DNA of 60,270 nt from Candidatus Cloacimonadota bacterium (GTDB lineage Bacteria; Cloacimonadota; Cloacimonadia; Cloacimonadales; DAONDQ01). Location of the stretch: the NCBI GenBank assembly GCA_035402645.1, contig DAONDQ010000005.1, positions 1 to 60,270 on the forward strand. Reading direction: 5' to 3'. The notes beneath the pieces are model-generated. The model worked only from the letters and a program-made list of their open reading frames with translations. It ran no database searches and was not told where the DNA came from. Each line of letters starts with the position of its first letter. Position 1 is the first letter of the stretch. This document shows positions 30,963-40,475 of this stretch, in pieces. The translations under genes were made by a program, and so were the position numbers.

Positions 30963-32548
30963 TGAAAACGAATAAAACCAAAGGGAAAAGCATCAATAGT
31001 CAAGCCTCAATGGATAAAATGGTCAGACAAATCTGTGATATCATGCGTCGGGATAAAGCCAAAGGTGCACGCCTGTATGTACCGGAATTGACATGGGTAC
31101 TCTTCTTATGTTATCTGGATATCATAGAGATTGAACAGTTACAGCGTGCTCAGGCATTGGGCAAGGAATATACTCCCATCCTTGAATCTCCTTACCGATG
31201 GTATGATTGGGCAGCACCTTATGACAGAAAGAAAAATCCGGAAGAGATCATCAAGCATAAGGGGCAGGGATGGAAGCGTCTTGAACTTCGTAACCAACGC
31301 ATGGGTTCGTTTCTCAAATTCGTGAATGAAGAGTTATTTCCTTACTTGATGAATTTGAAAAATAATCCATCTGTCTCACATAAACAGAAAATCACTTCTG
31401 AGATTTTTAGCACCAAGAAAAATACGATTCTTGATTCTGAGAATAATCTCCAGGATGTTCTTGATAAAGTACATGATATGGCTCATTCACAAATTGATGA
31501 AACACACATGTTTCCAATTTCCCAAGCATTCGAAGGGATTCTTCCCAGCCTTGGTGAAAAGAAAAATGATGGCGGACAATTCTTTACGCCACGAGAGGTC
31601 ATCCGCGTCATGGTGGATATAGTACAGCCACATCTTGGGTGTACAGTATATGATCCGTGTTGTGGTACAGGTGGTTTTCTTATCGAAGCTTACAAACATC
31701 TTCTCCAACAACATCCAACTTCTACCCAAATTGAGGAATTGAAGACAGGAGCTTTCTGGGGACGTGAGGATGCTGATGAAGTCATTCCCATTCTCTTAGC
31801 CAATCTTCTATTACATGACATCGATTTACCGCATATATGGCATGGAAATACATTGACCGATAAGACAACCTATGGTGAGTTATTCCTTGGAGCACCCAAT
31901 CAATTCGATTATATCCTGACCAATCCGCCTTTTGGCAGCAAGGAGAGCTTATCTGCTCAAGCCAGGTTTGCATACAAATCAGGTAAAGCCCAGATTCTCT
32001 TTTTACAGCATATCATAGACAGTCTTGCCGAGAAAGGTACCTGCGGCATGGTAATAGATGAGGGTGTTCTGTTTCACACCAAGACTAAAGCCTATGAGCA
32101 AACTAAACGCAAGCTCTTGAATGAATGTGACCTTTTCTGTATCATTAGCTTACCAGGCGGTGCCTTTGTAAATGCAGGTGCAGGAGTGAAAACAGACTTA
32201 TTGTTCTTCAAAAAAGGCAAGAAAACTGAGAGAGTATGGTATTATGATATGACCTTAGGTGATGATTTCAAACTACGCAAGGTCAATAAGGGTAATCCTC
32301 TCCTCTCATCCCATTTTTCTGATTGTGTAAGACGTTTATCCTTACCACAAGATGATAAAGATAGAATCAGTGAACGTAGTTGGTTCCTCACAAGGGAAGA
32401 GATAGAAGACAGAAACTATGACTTGAAAGCCGTCAATAACAATGCTCCTGACTTTTCCGATAAGCGTACTTCAAAAGAATTACTGGAAGTGATACGGAAA
32501 GCACAGGAGGAGATAGGGGAATTACTAAAGGAATTGGAGGAAAAATGA
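30962..32548 (+). CDS. hsdM: Type I RM N6-adenine methyltransferase
   Basis: GQFFTPR, YDPCCGTGGF (motif I), TNPPFG (motif IV). Confidence 0.93.
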   Translation: MKTNKTKGKSINSQASMDKMVRQICDIMRRDKAKGARLYVPELTWVLFLCYLDIIEIEQLQRAQALGKEYTPILESPYRWYDWAAPYDRKKNPEEIIKHKGQGWKRLELRNQRMGSFLKFVNEELFPYLMNLKNNPSVSHKQKITSEIFSTKKNTILDSENNLQDVLDKVHDMAHSQIDETHMFPISQAFEGILPSLGEKKNDGGQFFTPREVIRVMVDIVQPHLGCTVYDPCCGTGGFLIEAYKHLLQQHPTSTQIEELKTGAFWGREDADEVIPILLANLLLHDIDLPHIWHGNTLTDKTTYGELFLGAPNQFDYILTNPPFGSKESLSAQARFAYKSGKAQILFLQHIIDSLAEKGTCGMVIDEGVLFHTKTKAYEQTKRKLLNECDLFCIISLPGGAFVNAGAGVKTDLLFFKKGKKTERVWYYDMTLGDDFKLRKVNKGNPLLSSHFSDCVRRLSLPQDDKDRISERSWFLTREEIEDRNYDLKAVNNNAPDFSDKRTSKELLEVIRKAQEEIGELLKELEEK

Positions 32549-33330
32549 GAAATACTATTTCGAAATATAAAATGGATATAGATAATCTTATTAAGAAGGG
32601 CCAGCTTCTTAAAGCTGTAATATTTTATGAATGCTATCCCGAAAAATTGAAGGCAGAGCCCAAAAAGGCTGAAATTATTAAAGATCTTCCTTCTTTTAGT
32701 TCAGAGTATCAAACATGGTATTCAGAGGCTAAAGTAATAATTAAGAATCTACTTCACGATAGATCAGATGATTTTCAAAGATATTATGAAGCCCAACGAA
32801 ATAGAAAGAGCATCGATGCTGATAGTTATCGAATTGAAGATTATTTGAAGGGTTTAACTGTATCAAAAGGATCAGTTAATATTGTTGATAAAACGGCTGC
32901 AATTCCAGCTTTTGAACAGCAACTAGCAATAGTAAAGGCACTAAAGACAAGATTCGAGAGCTCTTTATTTGACATTAGATTGCACCTACAAGGAGAGATG
33001 TTTGATGATGAACTTGAAGCAGCAGAATATTTACTAAAAAATAAGTTTATCAGAGCTGCAGGAGCTATGGCTGGAGTTGTTTTAGAAAGACACTTAAAGC
33101 AAGTATGTGTGAATCATGAAGTGAAAATACCTAAAAAGAAGAATTTCTCAATAAGCGATTTCAATGATGCTTTAAAAAATTCGGATGTCATTGATATATC
33201 AGATTGGAGAAGAATACAACTTTTAGGGGACTTCAGAAATAATTGTGACCATGATAAGAAGGAACCTAAATCAGAGGAAGTACAAGAGCTAATTGATGGC
33301 GTAAAGAAAGTAATTAAGACACTTTTTTAA
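32545..33330 (+). CDS. HEPN-domain (DUF4145-like) protein
   Basis: AAGAMAGVVLERHLK helix and RNNCDH (Rx4H) motif; ATGA overlap with hsdM stop. Confidence 0.7.
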   Translation: MRNTISKYKMDIDNLIKKGQLLKAVIFYECYPEKLKAEPKKAEIIKDLPSFSSEYQTWYSEAKVIIKNLLHDRSDDFQRYYEAQRNRKSIDADSYRIEDYLKGLTVSKGSVNIVDKTAAIPAFEQQLAIVKALKTRFESSLFDIRLHLQGEMFDDELEAAEYLLKNKFIRAAGAMAGVVLERHLKQVCVNHEVKIPKKKNFSISDFNDALKNSDVIDISDWRRIQLLGDFRNNCDHDKKEPKSEEVQELIDGVKKVIKTLF

Positions 33331-33374
33331 CCAAGAAAAAGACTAAAAATAGTATAACTTACCCCTACTAAACA

Positions 33375-33430
33375 AGAGACGCCCGTATAGGGCGTCTCTA
33401 CATTAAGGCATCCATTCCGGATGCCCTTAC
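33375..33430 (-). repeat. Two REP-like hairpins at right flank of island
   Basis: Minus strand GTAG-AGACGCCC-TATAC-GGGCGTCT and GTAAG-GGCATCC-GGAAT-GGATGCC. Confidence 0.65.
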
Positions 33431-33850
33431 TTTATATCGCATATATAAGACTAGTTGAATCTTCCATCTGAAACAGTAATCCTGCCCTCATGGTTTCTGC
33501 CACGGTCTGGCAGGATATGCATTTTCATTGATTTCCTCAAGTGTGATTTTATCCAGATCGATATTTGGGTAAAGTCATTTCAAAGTTCATATCATCTTGG
33601 AGAACAAAGACCAAGATCTTAGTGGTAATTTGCTTTGAGTTGGTACTTTGGTCTGAAGTAAAAGACAATATGAAATAGTCCTTTGCATCTCGTAGCTCTA
33701 AATAGCCATTCTCAAACATTTTCCATGAATAAACGAGAACAAATAAAATGGTACCGGTATCCATACAGCATCCTGATATGCTTTTTTACTGTTCTACTTT
33801 TACCTTCATCATGATTTTTAACTTTTTACATTTCATGGAGTAGACCAAAG

Positions 33851-33966
33851 ATAAGTTAAGAGATAAGAACTAAAAACTAATAGTTGCAGAGCAGAAGGTT
33901 ACTGGTGACCGGTTACCGATGGCATCATAAGTTAAGAACTAAGAAGTAAGAACTAAAAGTTGCAGA
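33851..33966. repeat. Pair of 40-bp direct repeats built from heptamers (TAAGAAC-like)
   Basis: 33851-33890 and 33927-33966 match at 35/40 positions; the 36-nt spacer has a second heptamer run GGTTACT/GGTGACC/GGTTACC. Confidence 0.75.
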
Positions 33967-33994
33967 AGGGCTGAAAAAGATAACTTAGGATAAT

Positions 33995-34028
33995 AAAAAA
34001 GTCCCGAAGGAGAATCCTTCGGGACTTT
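33995..34028 (-). terminator. Intrinsic terminator of degP
   Basis: GTCCCGAAGGA-GAA-TCCTTCGGGAC stem with a T-run on the minus strand. Confidence 0.85.
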
Positions 34029-34043
34029 CTATGTATTTGATTA

Positions 34044-35498
34044 TTAACCCATGTTCAGGGTCACATATCTGAAATTCCCGGTTCTATCTTTGATATAGAG
34101 CAGGATGATCTTGTTATCTGACTTGGTAATAACATTCTTCGCATCTTTCAGCGCCTGATTATATTCAGAGATGCTGTTCACTTCGGAATCATTGATTTGG
34201 ATGATGACATCGCCTACATTCAAGCCGGCTTTTGCAGCTGGGGTGTTAGGCTCGATACGGGAAATGACGACTCCCTTATCACTATCCACTTTCAGTTGTT
34301 TGGCGATGGCACTGTCACGGGTGTCTACCGATAAGCCGGTTGCGACAGAAGATCCACCGTTATCATCCGTTTTAGCAGCCACATCATCATCAGGATATGC
34401 CTCAAGTTGCACTGAAAGAGTCATTTCCTTCTTATTTCGAATGATCTTCACAGGAACAGTCGATCCGACTTTACTTTCTGCAACAGCAATCCGGAATTTT
34501 GCAACAGAAGTGACAAGAATTCCATTGAATTCCATGATCACGTCACCATTCTTCAAACCGGCTTTGCTGGCAGGAGTTTTGTCTTCAACTTTGGCAACCA
34601 GGACACCGGCAATATCAGGTAAGTTGAAACTGGATTTGAGTTCAGGTGTGATCTCCTGTGGGGAGATTCCCATGTAGGCACGCACCACCTTACCTGTCTT
34701 CATCAGGTCATCTGCAACCCTTTTTGCAAGGTTGATGGGAATGGCGAAGCCGATACCGTTGTTTCCCCCGCTGGGACTGGTTATGGCAGCATTAATGCCA
34801 ATGACTTCACCCCTGATATTGATGAGCGGTCCGCCGCTGTTACCGGGATTGATGGCTGCATCAGTCTGAATGTAGTCCTGATAGACAGGGGAATCATTAC
34901 CGAAGTTCAGGTTTGCCCTGCCGATAGCGGAGATGACGCCAACAGTCACAGTACGTTCCAAGCCTTCATCAAAAGGATTACCGATGGCAATTGCCCAATC
35001 GCCAATCTCGAGATTGGAGGAATCACCAAGCGGAAGAACGACAATCTTGTCTTCCTTCTTCACCTTGACCTTCAGGACACCGACATCCGTCATACGGTCT
35101 ACGCCCACGATCTCGCCGGTATAGTTCGCCTTGTCGGCAAGGGTGACTGTGATGGTGCCGTCTTTGCCGGGTGCGATCACGTGGTTGTTGGTAAGGATGT
35201 AAACTTCCTGTTTAACCTGGTCATACTTGAATATGAACCCGGAGCCTCTATATACAGCCTGTTGGGGTTGTTGCGGCATTTCGGGAAAGAAGAATTTAAA
35301 GAAGTCGTTGGGATTTGAATTATTCAATGTTGTTGTGATCTTTGCTTCAACTTTGATCTGGACGACAGCATCGCGTACATTTTTTACTACGCTCACAAAT
35401 GGGCTTTGTCCATTATCAGTAACGGGAAGTGCCAAAACAAGGGCAGGAACCGTTATAATTATGAAGCAGATGAGAGATATGAGTCTTGCTCTGTTCAC
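34044..35498 (-). CDS. degP: DegP/HtrA serine protease with two PDZ domains
   Basis: GSGF, TNNHV, IQTDAAINPGNSGGPL motifs; signal peptide; GGAGG then GTG at 35498. Confidence 0.93.
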   Translation of the reverse strand: MNRARLISLICFIIITVPALVLALPVTDNGQSPFVSVVKNVRDAVVQIKVEAKITTTLNNSNPNDFFKFFFPEMPQQPQQAVYRGSGFIFKYDQVKQEVYILTNNHVIAPGKDGTITVTLADKANYTGEIVGVDRMTDVGVLKVKVKKEDKIVVLPLGDSSNLEIGDWAIAIGNPFDEGLERTVTVGVISAIGRANLNFGNDSPVYQDYIQTDAAINPGNSGGPLINIRGEVIGINAAITSPSGGNNGIGFAIPINLAKRVADDLMKTGKVVRAYMGISPQEITPELKSSFNLPDIAGVLVAKVEDKTPASKAGLKNGDVIMEFNGILVTSVAKFRIAVAESKVGSTVPVKIIRNKKEMTLSVQLEAYPDDDVAAKTDDNGGSSVATGLSVDTRDSAIAKQLKVDSDKGVVISRIEPNTPAAKAGLNVGDVIIQINDSEVNSISEYNQALKDAKNVITKSDNKIILLYIKDRTGNFRYVTLNMG

Positions 35499-35649
35499 TT
35501 TTTCCTCCAGAATATGAGTAATATCATACTTTTCGAAAAACATCATTCATTCGAATGTCATATCAATAACTGCTTAGCATAACCTCCACAATTAGATTTT
35601 AATGCAAAAAATAAGTGATACATTGAATTGTCAAAGAAAAATCTTTGTG

Positions 35650-36246
35650 TTATCTCGTAAATGTATGCACGTGATAACTTCCAATGTTATCAATCCAATA
35701 GATGTTATCCTTGTCCATGGGGATGGAAATGATAACACGCGCGAATTGGGCATTTGGTTTGAAAAACCCTGTCGAAAGGAGGATTTCATTCCAAGTGGAA
35801 TTAGACTTCAGTTTACTGGTAAAATTATCTTTTCTCGCTCCTATTTTATCAAATGTACGGAAGTACATGACCACAGGAGTGATGGAAGGATATTTGGAAC
35901 GGACAAAACAGCGGTTCAGGTAGGCAGAGCGGTTATCGATGGGGAATGATTCGGATACGAGCAATACCTTCTGTTCAGGATACTTGATCATCAGGGATTT
36001 CTTCCCGTTCTGCACAAAGAGAGAATCCCATGAAATAGCATTGCGATAATCGAAATTTGAAAGGAACATCCAACTGTTGGGTGTCTGGTTACCTGTTTGA
36101 TGTGCTATTTCGAAATCACCGTCCGGAATCAGGTTCGGCTTCCCATCTGCATCCCGATCAAAAAACAGCAGACTGGGACCGAAAAAGCAACTGGTAAGCA
36201 ACATCAATGGAATCACCGCAATTAAAGGATAAAAGAACCGTTTCAT
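35650..36246 (-). CDS. Putative lipoprotein with carbohydrate-binding-like domain
   Basis: Lipobox LLTSC; NLIPDGDFE and YWIDNI patterns typical of CBM4/9-like folds. Confidence 0.55.
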   Translation of the reverse strand: MKRFFYPLIAVIPLMLLTSCFFGPSLLFFDRDADGKPNLIPDGDFEIAHQTGNQTPNSWMFLSNFDYRNAISWDSLFVQNGKKSLMIKYPEQKVLLVSESFPIDNRSAYLNRCFVRSKYPSITPVVMYFRTFDKIGARKDNFTSKLKSNSTWNEILLSTGFFKPNAQFARVIISIPMDKDNIYWIDNIGSYHVHTFTR

Positions 36247-36270
36247 ATGCTCTCTCCTAATCATCCTATC

Positions 36271-37491
36271 CTATTTCATAAATCCGCGTTCAAGCAGATA
36301 TTTCATTACCATCCCCACTGCCAGGGAATTTATGAGCAGGTTTGAACCACCGTAACTGATAAATGGTAGTGGAATACCCGTTGTGGGTACCACACCGATA
36401 TTCATTCCAATATTGATGAATATCTGGAAGGAAAGATATGCCATAATTCCGGCAGTGGCTATCTTTCTTTCCCTTACATTCAGTTTGCCAACGGCAAGAG
36501 AAAGGCGCCATAAGAACATGAAAAAGACAAGCAATAAAATGCTGCTTCCCACAAAACCGAATTCTTCTCCAATCACAGAAAAGATGAAATCGGTATGATG
36601 TTCTGGCAGAAAGTTCATGTTCTTCTGTGTGCCGAGTAGGAATCCCTTTCCCAAAATACTTCCCGATCCGATGGCAATCTTCGCCTGGATGATCTGATAT
36701 CCCGCACCTAAAGGATCGAGGGTCGGATCCAGGAAAGTAAGGATTCTGTTCTGCTGATACGTTTTCAATCCCTGCCAGATAAATGGCGTTATGAGAGAAA
36801 TGAACACGTTGATCACGACAGCAATCGAGATACCAACCCAAGACAGACGATATTTTATGAGTAGATAAATTAAAAGCAAGATAAAAATAATAAAATATAA
36901 TAAATAAAAAGATGTTATGATACTTAATATTGGACTAACGATGAGAAGGATGTAAATAAACGGGATATCAGCAGCCGCAAACATGGCTAACAAACTGATA
37001 CAGAAAACAACAGTGGTACCGAAATCCGGCTCGATAATGATTAATGCAACGGGAAGCAATGTTACCAGGAAACCTCGCAACATGATGGACAATTCACCCA
37101 TATAAGGCTTTGAGATGATCTTAGCCACCATTAGGATCGTACAGAGTTTTGCCATTTCAGACGGTTGGAAATGAAGGAAGCCGAATTGGAACCAACGATG
37201 AGAGCCATTGATCGTAGGTAGGAATAACACCACTACAAGCGTGAGTAAGCTGAAGATGTATGCAGGGACGATCAAGAGATCGATGACAGCGAAGGGGATC
37301 CTGAATAGAAAGTAGAGGGTGAGAAGGACAAATATAACGAATATTGCCTGTTTCCACCAGAAGTTCTTAACATTGTATGTATCCCCGATCTTGGTAGTGG
37401 AAGCGCTGTAAATGGCAAAAACTCCCATCATCAGTAAAATGAGGAGAAGTACGAACAGTGTCCAGTCAAAATTCTTGCTTTTTGTGAACAT
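36271..37491 (-). CDS. rodA: Rod shape-determining protein RodA
   Basis: FQPSE, EPDFGT, GAGYQ, LPEHHTDFIF, PFISYGGS motifs. Confidence 0.95.
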   Translation of the reverse strand: MFTKSKNFDWTLFVLLLILLMMGVFAIYSASTTKIGDTYNVKNFWWKQAIFVIFVLLTLYFLFRIPFAVIDLLIVPAYIFSLLTLVVVLFLPTINGSHRWFQFGFLHFQPSEMAKLCTILMVAKIISKPYMGELSIMLRGFLVTLLPVALIIIEPDFGTTVVFCISLLAMFAAADIPFIYILLIVSPILSIITSFYLLYFIIFILLLIYLLIKYRLSWVGISIAVVINVFISLITPFIWQGLKTYQQNRILTFLDPTLDPLGAGYQIIQAKIAIGSGSILGKGFLLGTQKNMNFLPEHHTDFIFSVIGEEFGFVGSSILLLVFFMFLWRLSLAVGKLNVRERKIATAGIMAYLSFQIFINIGMNIGVVPTTGIPLPFISYGGSNLLINSLAVGMVMKYLLERGFMK

Positions 37492-37493
37492 CT

Positions 37494-39284
37494 TTATTTC
37501 TCCGCTACCATTTTCGTCTTGTTATTCTCGATATGGTCATGATAATATCTCATGATCTGACCAGCGATCGGTGCAGCAGATGAACCGCCATGACCTGCAT
37601 TTTCCATGAACACGCACACAGCGATCTGGGGTGTATCGGTGACATAATAACCAACAAACCAGGCATGAGTGGGACTTCCGACATGGTTTTCCGCTGAACC
37701 GGTCTTTCCATAAACATCAGCTCCTTCCACGCGAGCAGCACCACCTGTTCCTCCTGGTGCATTCACCACCTTATACAGACCTTCATGGATGATGCGAAGC
37801 GTATTGGCTGATACAGGCAACTGCGTCACCAGTTTTTGATTCAAATCCCGGTACAGGATTGTTTTATTACCTATGGCACGATCAAGCAGGTGAGGTCTGA
37901 TCCACTTTCCGTTATTCGCCAATGCTGCATAATATGCGCATATCTGGAGCGGCGAAACCTGAATTTCACCCTGTCCGATGGAAAGATTCACTTTCGGTCC
38001 GATGATACCGGTGTATTTTCCATAATGCTTTTTGTACCATGCTGTATTGGGGAACAAGCCCTGTCTCTCATTGGGAAGATCGATGCCTGTTCGCTGGGCA
38101 AGATGATTGGCAAATACAAACTTCTGGAAGTCATCGAGATTCAGTTTCAATGACAAGTCATAGAAAAAGACGTCACAAGATACTCGAAGCGCATCCTCGA
38201 CGGAAAGTGAGCCATGCCCTGCCCGGCTCCAGCAGCGGAAGAAACGATTTCCTATCATCAATCCACCAGTGCAGGGACGGTCCAGTGAATATTGCGTAAT
38301 CACTCCCCGTTCCAATCCTATGCTGGCTGTCAATGCCTTGAATACGGATCCTGGAGGATAAACACCATGAATGACCCGATCGAGCATCGGTTTATTTGGA
38401 TCATTGGAAATTCGATTCCAGTCATCCTTATTGATCTTGGTCATCATCATATTCTGGTCAAAGTCCGGCTTACTTGAATACGCCAAAATACCACCCGTTT
38501 TCACATCGATGACTGCAATGGCTCCATTCACACCACCCGGGAAGACCGAAGAGGCATATTTTTGGAGATCTGAATCCATTGTCAGGACGAGACTCAATCC
38601 GTTCTCGGGCTGCTGCACGAGATTATTCTTGAAGAGGTTCAGGCTTTTACCGGTGGCATCCACCTGGATGATCTCATTACCATCCTTCCCGTGGAGAAGA
38701 ACCTCATAGTATTTTTCCAGACCGGTCTTTCCGATACTGCTGTTGATGGAATAGCCTTCTTCCTTCACTCTACTGTATTCATCGGCATTAATACGTCCCA
38801 CATAACCGGTGAAATGGTTCGGGATCAGGTATTGCCTGGTCGTTTCCACTTTGAAGTTGAGAGAAGGATAATAGTTCAAATCCTCTGAAACACGCATCAT
38901 GGTATCATAATCCGTATTTTCTGCAATGAGGATATCCTGGTATGAGCGAAACCTGTTATTATAAACCAGTGAATCCACTTCCGCGGGGTCAATTCCGTAA
39001 TTGAACTGAAGGAATTGCATGAGGCTTTTCACGTTCTTGATCTTAGCAGGTGTCAGATACAGGTTCAAGGAAGGGATATTGATCACGACAGGTTTATAAT
39101 TCCTGTCGTAGATTTCACCTCTTGTGGCTGGAATGCGATTCAAGCGAACGAAATTACGCTCTGCGATCTGATGATAGTAATTACCCTTGATGATCTGAAG
39201 TTCAAACAGAGAACTGATCAGGAACAGGAAGAGAACTGCCAGGATGATCTTAAAAACGTTTGGTGGATCGAGATTAGTCTTCAT
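37494..39284 (-). CDS. mrdA: Penicillin-binding protein 2
   Basis: RGEIYDR, YPPGSVFK (SxxK), SCD, KTGSAE motifs. Confidence 0.95.
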   Translation of the reverse strand: MKTNLDPPNVFKIILAVLFLFLISSLFELQIIKGNYYHQIAERNFVRLNRIPATRGEIYDRNYKPVVINIPSLNLYLTPAKIKNVKSLMQFLQFNYGIDPAEVDSLVYNNRFRSYQDILIAENTDYDTMMRVSEDLNYYPSLNFKVETTRQYLIPNHFTGYVGRINADEYSRVKEEGYSINSSIGKTGLEKYYEVLLHGKDGNEIIQVDATGKSLNLFKNNLVQQPENGLSLVLTMDSDLQKYASSVFPGGVNGAIAVIDVKTGGILAYSSKPDFDQNMMMTKINKDDWNRISNDPNKPMLDRVIHGVYPPGSVFKALTASIGLERGVITQYSLDRPCTGGLMIGNRFFRCWSRAGHGSLSVEDALRVSCDVFFYDLSLKLNLDDFQKFVFANHLAQRTGIDLPNERQGLFPNTAWYKKHYGKYTGIIGPKVNLSIGQGEIQVSPLQICAYYAALANNGKWIRPHLLDRAIGNKTILYRDLNQKLVTQLPVSANTLRIIHEGLYKVVNAPGGTGGAARVEGADVYGKTGSAENHVGSPTHAWFVGYYVTDTPQIAVCVFMENAGHGGSSAAPIAGQIMRYYHDHIENNKTKMVAEK

Positions 39285-39783
39285 GCAGAGAGATTTTCAT
39301 CCGGAAAAGAACGGAAAGGATGAATGTAAAAACAATCGAAAAAGCGATATTATAGATGATATTGAAGAAAAATAACGGGATAAGCTTTATGGAATAACCC
39401 GTCATCACCAACTGTACGATAAAGAAAATGAAGCCGTAAATGAGATTCACGATCCCGATGATAATGAGATGTGATAGGAATTTCTCCTTATCGAGGCTCT
39501 CATGATAACTGCTTACGATCCAGGCAAGGATGATATAACAAAGCGTATTGATCCCGAGAAGGTTCGGGGTAGTGATATCCTGCATCACACCCACTATGAA
39601 CAGCATGGTCATTGATGCCAGGAATGAAACATTCATGCTGAGGAAGATGACAAATGCCAACATGATATTGGGGACAATCCCAAATATGGAGAGATCCGGA
39701 GCAATAATGACCTGCAGATACAAAAGCAGGATTCCCATCACTCCTAATCGGAAGATATTCCAGAATTGCGATTCCCGGTTCAA
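39274..39783 (-). CDS. mreD: Rod shape-determining protein MreD
   Basis: Small polytopic membrane protein, PNI, G...D motifs; position before mrdA. Confidence 0.8.
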   Translation of the reverse strand: MNRESQFWNIFRLGVMGILLLYLQVIIAPDLSIFGIVPNIMLAFVIFLSMNVSFLASMTMLFIVGVMQDITTPNLLGINTLCYIILAWIVSSYHESLDKEKFLSHLIIIGIVNLIYGFIFFIVQLVMTGYSIKLIPLFFFNIIYNIAFSIVFTFILSVLFRMKISLHED

Positions 39784-40475
39784 ATGGTCTCCTCCGCCAC
39801 TCTTCTGATGATACAGAACGGAGTCAGTTCATCACCCTGTCCCTGTGGATTATCCTTCATCACTTTTTGCATAAAATCCTTATCAATTCCCGAACTTCCA
39901 CCGATCATCCAGCATCCGCCGATGTCATTGATATCCATGACAGCAGTTTCATAGCCCAGGGCATCTTTGATTTTCTGGGATTCCTTCTCCGGATGAAGAG
40001 GACCCTTGATCACACAATCATCGTAAGGTGGAACAGGTGAAGTATGCGCAGCATCGATCAAGGCTGCCTGCATACCTGCAATACGGTAGAAATCTCCCTT
40101 TCTGCCGACCAGTTTCCCCAAGGCTCCTACAAAAGCAGCAAGCAGGATTCTTCCTGCACCGCATTCATCGATCGCACACTGCATGCTTGTGGGTGCGCGT
40201 AAGCCGATGCCATATGGAACTTTGGCTACGAATCTCCAAAGAATCCGGGCAAGTAAGCCTATCTTCAGTTGTGAGACAGGAACTGCTCTGCCCTGCGTGA
40301 TTGCCATTGGGCTTTCACTGATGGATATGATATCTCCTTTTTGCAGGATGTTTCCTGCTGATTCCCTGATGATATCAATAAATGAATCACCCGGCATGAG
40401 GATCCTCGTTTTTACCGGAATCCGTTCATACTGGATACCATTGACTTCAATATTCGGCTGGCGGTTCTTGCTCAT
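39780..40475 (-). CDS. CofE-like (F420-0:gamma-glutamyl ligase family) protein
   Basis: PVKT.IL, GDII.ISES, G..A.ID, VMDINDIG, DNP.GQG.E.TP motifs; overlaps mreC and mreD. Confidence 0.7.
   Translation of the reverse strand: MSKNRQPNIEVNGIQYERIPVKTRILMPGDSFIDIIRESAGNILQKGDIISISESPMAITQGRAVPVSQLKIGLLARILWRFVAKVPYGIGLRAPTSMQCAIDECGAGRILLAAFVGALGKLVGRKGDFYRIAGMQAALIDAAHTSPVPPYDDCVIKGPLHPEKESQKIKDALGYETAVMDINDIGGCWMIGGSSGIDKDFMQKVMKDNPQGQGDELTPFCIIRRVAEETI

Noticed and set aside
33450..33835. 71-aa ORF 33549-33764 or degraded gene
   Set aside because: No recognisable motif or RBS; may be a remnant but unsupported
33851..33966. CRISPR array (40-nt repeat, 36-nt spacer)
   Set aside because: Only two imperfect repeats, internally heptameric, and no cas genes in the window
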